Origin: Fonticula alba ATCC 38817
Taxonomy: Eukaryota > Protista > Nucleariida
NCBI GenBank assembly: GCA_000388065.2
Contig: KB932202.1
Direction: 5' to 3' (one strand)
DNA length: 9,954 nucleotides
The notes beneath the pieces are model-generated. The model was not told the DNA's origin. It worked only from the letters and a program-made list of their open reading frames with translations, and made no database searches. The position numbers and the translations under genes are program-made. Positions 1 through 7,491 of this stretch are shown one piece after another. How positions within the stretch are numbered: position 1 is the first letter of the stretch; each line of letters begins with the position of its first letter.

Positions 1-19
1 TGTGTGTGTGTGTGTCAGA

Positions 20-64
<45 letters not shown>
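1..64. repeat. Compound microsatellite (TG)n-(AG)n inside the last visible intron of gene 1
   Basis: (TG)n at 1-15, then AG repeats at 17-64 with one T interruption at 34. Confidence 0.95.
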
Positions 65-66
<2 letters not shown>

Positions 67-149
67 CGAGGAGGAAGGGAAATATGGGGGATAGAGCGGG
101 CGAATGGATCAAAGGCACAAGAAGAGAGAAAAGGGGATGGGAGACCGGA

Positions 150-153
<4 letters not shown>

Positions 154-180
<27 letters not shown>
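154..180. repeat. (AG)n microsatellite directly after the GTGCGT donor, reading (TC)n on the transcript strand
   Basis: Read directly from the sequence. Confidence 0.95.
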
Positions 181-186
181 ACGCAC

Positions 187-1437
187 CTTGAAGTTCTTGA
201 TCGCGGCGATGGCGTGGTGCATCTCCGCACGGATGTCCTTCTGCAGCTTGCGGGCCGAGCGCGACAGCTCGCCCTGGGTGGCCTTCAGAGAGCGGAGGTC
301 CGCGGCCACAGCGCGCACCGACTGGCCGTCGACGGCCGAGACAATCGTCGGGGCGGCCGGGGCGGCCTGGGCGGCCGGGGCGGCCACCACGGCGGCCGTG
401 GCCATGGCCGAGGAGGCCACCGGCCGGGAGACATTCGCGGCAACACCACCGCCAGTCAGGGCACCGAGGAGCTCATCACGGAGCTGCTCAAACCGCTCGG
501 CCAAGGCGGCGCCAGACCCGGCAGCCGGACCGGCCGCCCCGACCCGCACGAAGCACCCCTCGGCCAGGAAGTCCATGTCGTCCAGCTCATAGAAGTCCAC
601 CTCGCCAGCCTCGCGCACGGACACAACCGGCGTCGCAGGGAGCTCGGCATCCGGGAAGCTGGCCCGGAACAGGTCAAGCAGGGCCCCATGCAGGCCGGCC
701 AGGCCGGCCACCGGGCCACACGGCTCAAAGCGCACGCGCTTGCGCCGGTCCCCCAGCTCGATGAAGAGCTTGGCCAGGGCAAAGGACCGGACGGGCTGCT
801 GGTCCTCGACCGCAGCCTGCTCCTTAGAAACATGGACGGGCTTGGAGGGCACCTCGTCCTCATCCTCGGAGACCCCGCGCCGGGGGGACTCCTCGGCGGT
901 GGCCAGCTCGCTGGCCGGCGGGGGGGCCGTCTTGGTGGCGGACTTCGGAGCCTCGCTGGCCTCGGTGGGCTCCAAGTCGGACACCAGAGTGGCCGGGTCC
1001 TGGACCAGCACCGCATCGGAGAAGGACTCCTCAACGGCGGCAACCGGCTCCAGGACACACGTCTCGGTGGAGGAGGTGGGCGGCAGAAGCTCAACGCCAT
1101 CATCCGTCTCGGGGACCGGAGTAGCCTCCTCCACTGGGACCTGGGGGGCAACCTCCACCTCGGCCTCGGCCTCGGCCTCGGATTCGGTATCGGGCTCGGG
1201 CTCGAGCTCGACTTCGGGCTCGGGCTCGGGCTCGGCTTCGGGCTCGGCTTCAGGCTCGGACTCCGGGTCGACAATCTCGGACTTTGTCTCGGCCGGGGTC
1301 GGGGTCACCTCGGGATCGGCCTCCTCGGCGGCCGACTCGCACTCGCTATCGGGCTCGACGAAGGGGATGATGATCTGGTCATCGGGCGTTTGCAGCGCAT
1401 GCAGCACCGAGGACACCAGACACGAGTCCTCCGGGTT
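187..1437 (-). CDS. BUD6: Gene 1 exon 5 of those visible (417 codons): end of FERM-like region, acidic Glu/Pro linker, Bud6/Aip3 (AIP3) domain and coiled coil
   Basis: Acceptor gtgacAG|AAC at 1439-1438; donor AAG|GTGCGT at 186. Translation LFIELGDRRKRVRF...LLDLFRASF...PVVSVREAGEVDFYELDDMDFLAEGCFVRV (from 768 downward) fits the AIP3 N-terminal pattern of fungal Bud6 (LF.xGD..K...L.LF...F...P.I.I.....FYELE...D...G.V), recalled from memory. It is followed by heptad-like VRAVAADLRSLKATQGELSRSARKLQKDIRAEMHHAIAAIKNFK. Third codon positions are strongly G/C. The symbol means family membership (BUD6/AIP3-like), not proven orthology. Confidence 0.85.
1157..1262 (-). repeat. Coding degenerate hexamer repeat encoding (E-P/E-A)n
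   Basis: Plus-strand ctcggc/tcgggc units translate on the minus strand as ESEPEAEPEAEPEPEPEVELEPEPDTESEAEAEAE. Confidence 0.85.
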
Positions 1438-1518
1438 CTGTCACGGACGGAACGGAGAGATGTGGCCATGATTAGAGAAGAGTCGAGCAGGATGCCCGAA
1501 AGACGCGCATGGAGGGGG

Positions 1519-1522
<4 letters not shown>

Positions 1523-1548
<26 letters not shown>
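1523..1548. repeat. (GA)13 intronic microsatellite
   Basis: Read directly; lies inside intron 1438-1585. Confidence 0.95.
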
Positions 1549-1554
<6 letters not shown>

Positions 1555-1585
1555 CATGCAAGGAAAGAGGAAGAGGCATGCGTAC

Positions 1586-1828
1586 GAAGTTGGCCGGCAG
1601 GCAGTAGACAAAGGAAACCCAGGCATTGCAGGCGAGCGACGAGTAGTGGGTCAGGAAGCCGTTGACCACATTGGGCCAGTCGCTGTCAGACTCGCTGGTG
1701 TTGCGGCCCTCGCTAAGGTCGGCAATGGACTTCTTGAAGAAGAGGACGAATGCATCGGAGGCGCCGGTCCCGGTGGCAATGCTGGTGGAGAAGTATTCGA
1801 AGGACTCCAGGATCTCGCCGAGATAACT
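1586..1828 (-). CDS. Gene 1 exon 4 (81 codons): SYLGEILESFEYF...AFVLFFKKSI...THYSSLACNAWVSFVYCLPANF, putative FERM F1 end and F2 start
   Basis: Donor TTC|GTACGC at 1585. The acceptor is the first AG after a CTGAC branch-like motif (about 1885-1881) and a pyrimidine tract: cctaAG|AGT at 1830-1829. Phase 0 at both ends keeps the frame with both neighbouring exons. Confidence 0.8.
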
Positions 1829-1998
1829 CTTAGGCGGCCGTGGGCAGCAAAGGGGGAGGTAGCAGCCGAACGGGCGGTGCGTCAGTGACAGTTTGCAAAT
1901 GCAGCCCCAAGGGGGCGGGGGCGGGGGCGGGGGGGGGGGGAGGCACATGGCCGCCACCAGGGGGTGGCGCCGGCAGCGGGCATAGCCGGGAAAAGTAC

Positions 1999-2103
1999 CT
2001 TGGGCTTGTGGCTAATAAGCCAGTTGTGCAGATCCGTGCTGAGAGTCCGGTGCTCCGTGGCCGAAGAGTCAAGCAGGCGGCGAACCGAGCGCGACAGGGC
2101 AGT
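1999..2103 (-). CDS. Gene 1 exon 3 (35 codons): TALSRSVRRLLDSSATEHRTLSTDLHNWLISHKPK
   Basis: Acceptor ccccctCAG|ACT at 2105-2104 and donor AAG|GTACTT at 1998. The exon is 105 nt, phase 0/0 and stop-free, and lies between two pyrimidine-rich stretches. Confidence 0.75.
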
Positions 2104-2293
2104 CTGAGGGGGCCAGGAATGGGGGGACGCGAAGGGGGACGAAAGGTCCGGTTGTGTTCGAGTCAAGCGAACAATCAGACACCGAGAGAGGGGATGGAGA
2201 GGAGGGGTGAGACCAGGCCCGCGGATGATGGGGTGTTGTGTGGCGGTGCTACAGGGGGGGGGGAGGCGACAGGAGAAGCAAGCCAGCACGCAC

Positions 2294-2611
2294 AGCCTTC
2301 ATGATGGACTTCCAGATGAGAATGAAGTCGGCCGGCGTGGCCAGCAGGGCGAGAGACGGGTCCAGGGCCAGAATCTTGGCCAGCTGAGCGACAGTGGCAG
2401 TGCCGGGAAGCGGCACCAGCAGGCTCAGGCCATCAGTGCCATGCGTGCATGCCCAAAGAGTGCCATGGGGGTGGGGCACGCCGAGGGCCTGAGCGGCGAG
2501 GCGATCGAGAGTGTCCTCCGCGTCCAGGGGAGCCTGCAGCTTGTGGACCTCATCCATCGACACCGCGGTGCCAATCTGCGGCACGCTGCCCAGGACGAAG
2601 TAGGTGATGTG
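2294..2611 (-). CDS. Gene 1 exon 2 (106 codons): HITYFVLGS...GTDGLSLLVPLPGTATVAQLAKILAL...ADFILIWKSIMKA, putative ubiquitin-like FERM F1 lobe
   Basis: Acceptor gtgCAG|CAC at 2613-2612 and donor GCT|GTGCGT at 2293. The exon is 318 nt and phase 0/0, with a globular alternating beta/alpha hydrophobic pattern. Confidence 0.82.
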
Positions 2612-2730
2612 CTGCACGGCGGGAGCAGAAGGGAGAGGACCGAGAGAGGGAGGGGGGCGCCACGGTAGGAGGGAGATCGTCAGGATTGGCACAAGCGTCG
2701 GAAGAGGAAAGAGGGAGGGCGAGGGAGAAA

Positions 2731-2830
2731 GAGAGAGAGAGTGTGTGTGCGTGTGCGTGTGCGTGTGCGTGTGCGTGTGCGTGTGCGTGTGCGTGTGCGT
2801 GTGCGTGTGCGTGTGCGTGTGCGTGTGTGC
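2731..2830. repeat. Intronic compound repeat: (GA)5 followed by (GTGTGC)13 at 2745-2822
   Basis: Perfect hexamer array inside intron 2612-2869. It reads (CACACG)n on the transcript strand and explains the HTHTHT, CVCVCV and ACACAC ORFs. Confidence 0.95.
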
Positions 2831-2869
2831 GGAGGGGGGAGGGGGAAAGCAAAGGGGGCGGGGGCGCAC

Positions 2870-3256
2870 ATCGGCGGGCGGGATAGCCGGCGAGGTGGGC
2901 GCCGAGACGTCGCCCTCATCGCCGGAGCGGACAACCTCGGCCAGCTGCGAGGCGGCCTGCTTCTCGACCGACGCGGCCAGGGCCTCGGTGGCAGCGGTCG
3001 AGGTGTTGGCGCCGCGCCCCTTGCGGCCCTGGCGCTGGGTCGGCGCGGCGGAGAGCTGCGGCGGCTCGGCATGCTGGATGACCACGCTCTCGCGCTGGAA
3101 GGAATCCGGCATCGGGGACATGGGCGTGTCGGGCGAGGAGAAGCCCGGCGTCATGGGCGACGAGGGGGAGGAGGGGTCGGTGCCAGTGGAATTGCCGCCG
3201 GCCGAGGCGGGGCTGCGCGCCGCGCGGTTTCCACGCCGCTTCTGGCGGCGGTTCAT
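2870..3256 (-). CDS. Gene 1 first visible exon (129 codons from ATG 3256; frame stays open to the gap at 3284): disordered, basic then SP/TP-rich
   Basis: Donor GAT|GTGCGC at 2869, phase 0, with GC3-rich codons. The frame also reads PPSPPTKPT upstream of the ATG into the N gap, so the true start is uncertain. Confidence 0.7.
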
Positions 3257-3284
3257 GGTCGGCTTGGTGGGCGGCGAGGGGGGG

Positions 3285-3386
3285 NNNNNNNNNNNNNNNN
3301 NNNNNNNNNNNNNNNNNNNNNNNNNNNNNNNNNNNNNNNNNNNNNNNNNNNNNNNNNNNNNNNNNNNNNNNNNNNNNNNNNNNNNN
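3285..3386. other. Assembly gap (102 N), flanked by G runs
   Basis: N run. Confidence 0.99.
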
Positions 3387-4692
3387 GGGGGGGGGGCAGG
3401 AGCGTTGAGGAGACAACTCGGGAGAAAAGTGGTGAAGCCCCGGCCGAAGGCCCCGGGACCGGGTGGGTCGCCCAGAAATGATTGGCTCTCTGCTCACCTG
3501 AATGGCGGCCCGGCGAGGGCCGCCGGGGGAAAGGCCCAGCAGGCCGAATCTGGCCTTGTCCAGGCGCCGCGCGAAGGACCGAGGCCCGAGACGGGGAACA
3601 TTGGCGGACTAGAGAGCTCGAGGCACGTCCAGCCCTCAACCAGCTGTCCCCGGCTTCCCCCCCCCCCCCCCCCCTCGCATCGGGCTGCTCGAGGGGTTGT
3701 TGGGGTGATCCAACAGAGGGCGACGTCGCGCCCGGGGACAAGTGCGGATCGAGCCGGCCAGCCGGCCGGCCCCGGGCCCGGCCGCCCCCTTCCTCCCCGG
3801 GGGGAGACCCCAGGGGCAGCGGTGTCCTTTTTGAAAAGCGTCCGTCCCGAGCAAACCAGCCCCCTTTCGGCCCTCCCCCGGGGGCGGGCGGGGGCGGGCG
3901 GGGGGGACACGAAGGGGGGCGCCCCTCGGGGAGAGCTCGTGCGCTTGTCTGGCGTCCGGGGAAGGTGCACACCTGGCCGCCAGGCTGAGCGGTGGGCGGC
4001 GAGACAGCCGAGCGACCGGGGGCGGTGGGGAAAGCAAGACCTCCCCTGTGCCAGCAACAGGACGAGAGGTTCCAGCCCCCCCAGCCCGGCGGGGACCGCC
4101 GGGGGGAGGGCGGGGGGGGGGGGGGGGACATCATTAATGAAGCCAGGGGATGCTTCGGCGCGGGGCGGACCGGTGCCTGGCCGCGGCGAGCGCAAGCAAG
4201 CGGCCCGGGGCCAGAGAGCGGAGGCCCACGAAATATGCCAATTGCCAATGTCCCCCAGCCGCGCCGAAAGGCCAGCTGGAATGCCTCGGCAGCCGGCCCG
4301 ACAGGCTCATTCTTCGGGCGCTGGCGAGATGGGGCCCGCTCGGCTGCTCGCCGCCCGCCCCGGCACGTCCCGGCCGCCGCGCCCGGGCCCCTCCTTCATC
4401 GCACGTCGGCCTCCGGTCTTGGCATGCACCGCGCGAAGGATGAAAACCGTGGCTCGCCGCAATGACGAGCCCGCCCCCGGGGGCATGGGGTACTGCGGGC
4501 AGGACCGGGGGACGTGGACACCGGCACGCAACAGTCGCGCCGTGTCAACAGTCCCCTCTCAGGACGAAGGATCCTCCGCCCCCCTCCAACTTGGCCCGCG
4601 GGAGGGTGTGTTTCAGCGCCCCCGGTCCCCGGCAGGCGGGCGTCGCCCAAGCGCGGGCGGAATCTCCGCCGTGACATGCTGCCGGGCCGGCG

Positions 4693-4713
4693 TGCACGAA
4701 GACCGCCTCCCTC
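4693..4713 (+). repeat. 21-nt word TGCACGAAGACCGCCTCCCTC; exact inverted copy at 8989-9009
   Basis: Plus 8989-9009 reads GAGGGAGGCGGTCTTCGTGCA, the exact reverse complement. Confidence 0.9.
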
Positions 4714-5213
4714 CCAGACCGGCCAGCGGAGGGGAGCCGGGCGAGGGGGGGCGGGGGGGGCGGGGAACAACTGGAAACCACGCCCGCCGGACCTCGCCCC
4801 GGGCCCCCGTCCGTCGTCGTCCGAAGGGCAGTGCCACTCTGCGGGCTCATTTTCCGGGGACATTCCCCCGGGGCCAGGGCGGCACATACTTCCTGTCTCC
4901 GCCGCCCTCCTGCGGCCCGCTCCCTGGCCCCCAGAGTCCCGGCCCCCCGGTGTCGCCGGGTGCCCCCCAGCGCCCGGTGCTCCTGGGAGCTCCGAACAGG
5001 ACCGTCCAGAACACACACCACCCTGAGCGCTTTTGCCCCCCCCCCCCCCCCCCCCCCCTGCACTCCAGTCACCGGATCCCCCGAAGAAGGGCAACCTGCC
5101 ACAAAGGAGGGCCAATCAGCGGGCAAGGTCCATTGTTCAGGCTGATCCGGAGGCCGAGGCGTCCTGCGCCGCGCCCTCGCCGGGGGGGGCCTTGCGTTTC
5201 TTGTCCGGGAGAA

Positions 5214-5999
5214 NNNNNNNNNNNNNNNNNNNNNNNNNNNNNNNNNNNNNNNNNNNNNNNNNNNNNNNNNNNNNNNNNNNNNNNNNNNNNNNNNNNNNNN
5301 NNNNNNNNNNNNNNNNNNNNNNNNNNNNNNNNNNNNNNNNNNNNNNNNNNNNNNNNNNNNNNNNNNNNNNNNNNNNNNNNNNNNNNNNNNNNNNNNNNNN
5401 NNNNNNNNNNNNNNNNNNNNNNNNNNNNNNNNNNNNNNNNNNNNNNNNNNNNNNNNNNNNNNNNNNNNNNNNNNNNNNNNNNNNNNNNNNNNNNNNNNNN
5501 NNNNNNNNNNNNNNNNNNNNNNNNNNNNNNNNNNNNNNNNNNNNNNNNNNNNNNNNNNNNNNNNNNNNNNNNNNNNNNNNNNNNNNNNNNNNNNNNNNNN
5601 NNNNNNNNNNNNNNNNNNNNNNNNNNNNNNNNNNNNNNNNNNNNNNNNNNNNNNNNNNNNNNNNNNNNNNNNNNNNNNNNNNNNNNNNNNNNNNNNNNNN
5701 NNNNNNNNNNNNNNNNNNNNNNNNNNNNNNNNNNNNNNNNNNNNNNNNNNNNNNNNNNNNNNNNNNNNNNNNNNNNNNNNNNNNNNNNNNNNNNNNNNNN
5801 NNNNNNNNNNNNNNNNNNNNNNNNNNNNNNNNNNNNNNNNNNNNNNNNNNNNNNNNNNNNNNNNNNNNNNNNNNNNNNNNNNNNNNNNNNNNNNNNNNNN
5901 NNNNNNNNNNNNNNNNNNNNNNNNNNNNNNNNNNNNNNNNNNNNNNNNNNNNNNNNNNNNNNNNNNNNNNNNNNNNNNNNNNNNNNNNNNNNNNNNNNN
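5214..5999. other. Assembly gap (786 N)
   Basis: N run. Confidence 0.99.
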
Positions 6000-6020
6000 C
6001 CCCCCCCCCCCCTGTTTTCC
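6000..6020 (+). repeat. C13-TGTTTTCC; identical direct copy at 9934-9954
   Basis: The first 21 nt after the large gap equal the last 21 nt of the window. Confidence 0.85.
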
Positions 6021-6465
6021 GGAGAGCCGATCGATGTACACACATTCCCCTTCCCCCCCTCGCCCGGAACCGGGAACGATCTGCCGGCGAAAAATGCCTC
6101 ACGCACCCCGAAAGCGTTGGCATGTACCTGCCAATGGATCCGCATACCCGAGAGGATCGAGACCCCGCCCCGCGAATGAGAGCCCGCGACGGCGAGGGGC
6201 ATGTGGGGGGGGGGAGGGCCAAGGAGGGGCAGAAAACAGGCGCATCTATATTTCGCGCGTGCGCGCACACAAGAAGCGAGCAAGAAGATGGGCCACCAAG
6301 GAAAGGAACAAGGGGGAGAAAGGCAGACAACAAGGGGTGGGGGGGGGGGGAACAGAGCCTCTGAGAGAGCGGAAGATAAAGAGAGGCACATTCCCCCCGC
6401 CCGAGGGGGGGAGGGGGGGCACACATGCAAGGGAGAGGGGCCACAGACAGGTCACGGCCCCGGCA

Positions 6466-7260
6466 TCAGGGCGCCGCAACGGCAACGACCGTGGCCACGG
6501 CTCCAGACGAGACCCAAGAAATCAGCAGGGCCGTGGTGCCGAGCAGCGCACTCAGCACCAGGGCCGAAGCAAAGGGGCTGGCGGTGGCGGCCACCGGCGG
6601 GGGGCCACCACTAGCACCATGCCGTCCCGTGCCGGGTGCGGCCGCCGACGCGCGTGCCAGCGAGGACATGGATTCCGAACGAGTGAGGATGCCAGTGCCA
6701 TTAAGGCGGTGCCCGCCGCCGCCAGGGGTGGAGGCCAACTGGCCGCCTCCTCCTCCGCCTGCCGGATGCAAACCTCGGTGGTGGTGGTGCTGTGTGGACC
6801 AGTGGTGCACACCGGGCCCCGGGGCGCCGGCCACATCCAAACGGTTCATGGCCCGGCCACGCAGGAGGGGCGAGGGCTGGGGCGACACGCGGCCATCATG
6901 CGCCCCGCTGAGGAAGCCCCCACTGCGCAGGAACATCGACAGGAGCGGCACCTGTAGCAAAAGCCACTCCACCAATAGCCAGACCGACGCGGCAGCCGGG
7001 TCGCCGGCCGTGGTCGACATGCCCCGAGGCACGCCAGCCAGCGAATCGACGCTGCCACTGCGCGAGAGACCGGGCCGCGGGTCGGCGGGACCCGGCGCGG
7101 CCGACGTCGAGTCCGCCGCGCCAAACACCGACGGCAGCAGGTACCCGGCCACGGACCAGGCCCCGGAGGCAACGCTCTTGAGCAGGGACCCGACGCCCCA
7201 GCCACCGGAGGCCACAGGCGTCTCGGGGACCGGCGCAGGAGCGGGAACAATGACGGCGGC
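6466..7260 (-). CDS. Gene 2 terminal exon (264 aa + TGA): uncharacterised, low-complexity, with an amphipathic segment, an internal hydrophobic segment and a hydrophobic C-terminal tail
   Basis: Acceptor gagaCAG|GCC at 7262-7261 (phase 0) and TGA at 6468-6466. Codons are GC3-rich, and pyrimidine-rich UTR-like sequence follows on the minus strand. Confidence 0.7.
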   Translation of the reverse strand, partial: AAVIVPAPAPVPETPVASGGWGVGSLLKSVASGAWSVAGYLLPSVFGAADSTSAAPGPADPRPGLSRSGSVDSLAGVPRGMSTTAGDPAAASVWLLVEWLLLQVPLLSMFLRSGGFLSGAHDGRVSPQPSPLLRGRAMNRLDVAGAPGPGVHHWSTQHHHHRGLHPAGGGGGGQLASTPGGGGHRLNGTGILTRSESMSSLARASAAAPGTGRHGASGGPPPVAATASPFASALVLSALLGTTALLISWVSSGAVATVVAVAAP

Positions 7261-7320
7261 CTGTCTCGCGGACCGCGACCGCGATCGAAGAGAGGGAGGG
7301 AGGGGGGGAGAGAGCCGGAC

Positions 7321-7362
7321 GTAGGAGGTCAGTTTGAGGGGGCCTATCAGGAGGATGCCCTC
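7321..7362 (-). CDS. Gene 2 micro-exon (14 codons): EGILLIGPLKLTSY
   Basis: Acceptor tttctcCAG|GAG at 7364-7363 and putative donor TAC|GTCCGG at 7320, followed by a pyrimidine tract. Phase 0/0. The 60-nt downstream intron is in frame and stop-free, so it could instead be coding. Confidence 0.6.
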
Positions 7363-7440
7363 CTGGAGAAAGAAGGCCACCACAGCAGACCGAGCCGGAG
7401 GGGGCCAGGGATGGGGGAGGAGGGGGAGGGGGGGAGAGCA

Positions 7441-7482
7441 TGTGTATGTGTGTGTGAGAGTGTGTGTGTGTGTGTGTGTGTG
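7441..7482. repeat. Interrupted (TG)n intronic microsatellite
   Basis: Read directly; lies inside intron 7363-7491. Confidence 0.95.
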
Positions 7483-7491
7483 AAAACGCAC

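Noticed and set aside
104-1665. Long plus-strand ORFs (214-1665, 104-592, 740-1471) and the alternative minus frame 456-1274
   Set aside because: Shadows of the GC3-rich Bud6-like exon. The translations are low-information R/G/L or S/P text with no domain and no splice signals.
2462-2611. MyTH4 domain preceding the FERM-like region
   Set aside because: Only about 50 ordered residues precede the F1-like start and no MyTH4 signature is recognisable.
2550-3481. ORFs with HAHAHA, CVCVCV, RVRVRV, RTRTRT or ACACAC tracts
   Set aside because: Translations of the intronic (GTGTGC)13 array, not metal-binding proteins.
4225-4233. CACGAAA (yeast SCB cell-cycle box) upstream of the BUD6-like gene
   Set aside because: A single 7-mer is expected by chance, and there is no evidence the organism has SBF.
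3567-4440. Direct 12-mer CCGCGCGAAGGA at 3567-3578 and 4429-4440, and 10-mers shared with 9215-9954 (CACGCAACAG, GGGGAGAGCT)
   Set aside because: Matches this short are expected by chance in GC-rich sequence of this length.
6013-6020. LTR retrotransposon bounded by TGTTTTCC copies
   Set aside because: No gag/pol ORF, PBS, PPT or CA terminus is visible, and the enclosed sequence is a spliced host-type gene.
2604-6179. 1191-aa plus-strand ORF as a single gene
   Set aside because: It crosses two N gaps of estimated length and is antisense to gene 1 exons and a microsatellite intron. Only the 3387-5213 part is kept, as a weak finding.
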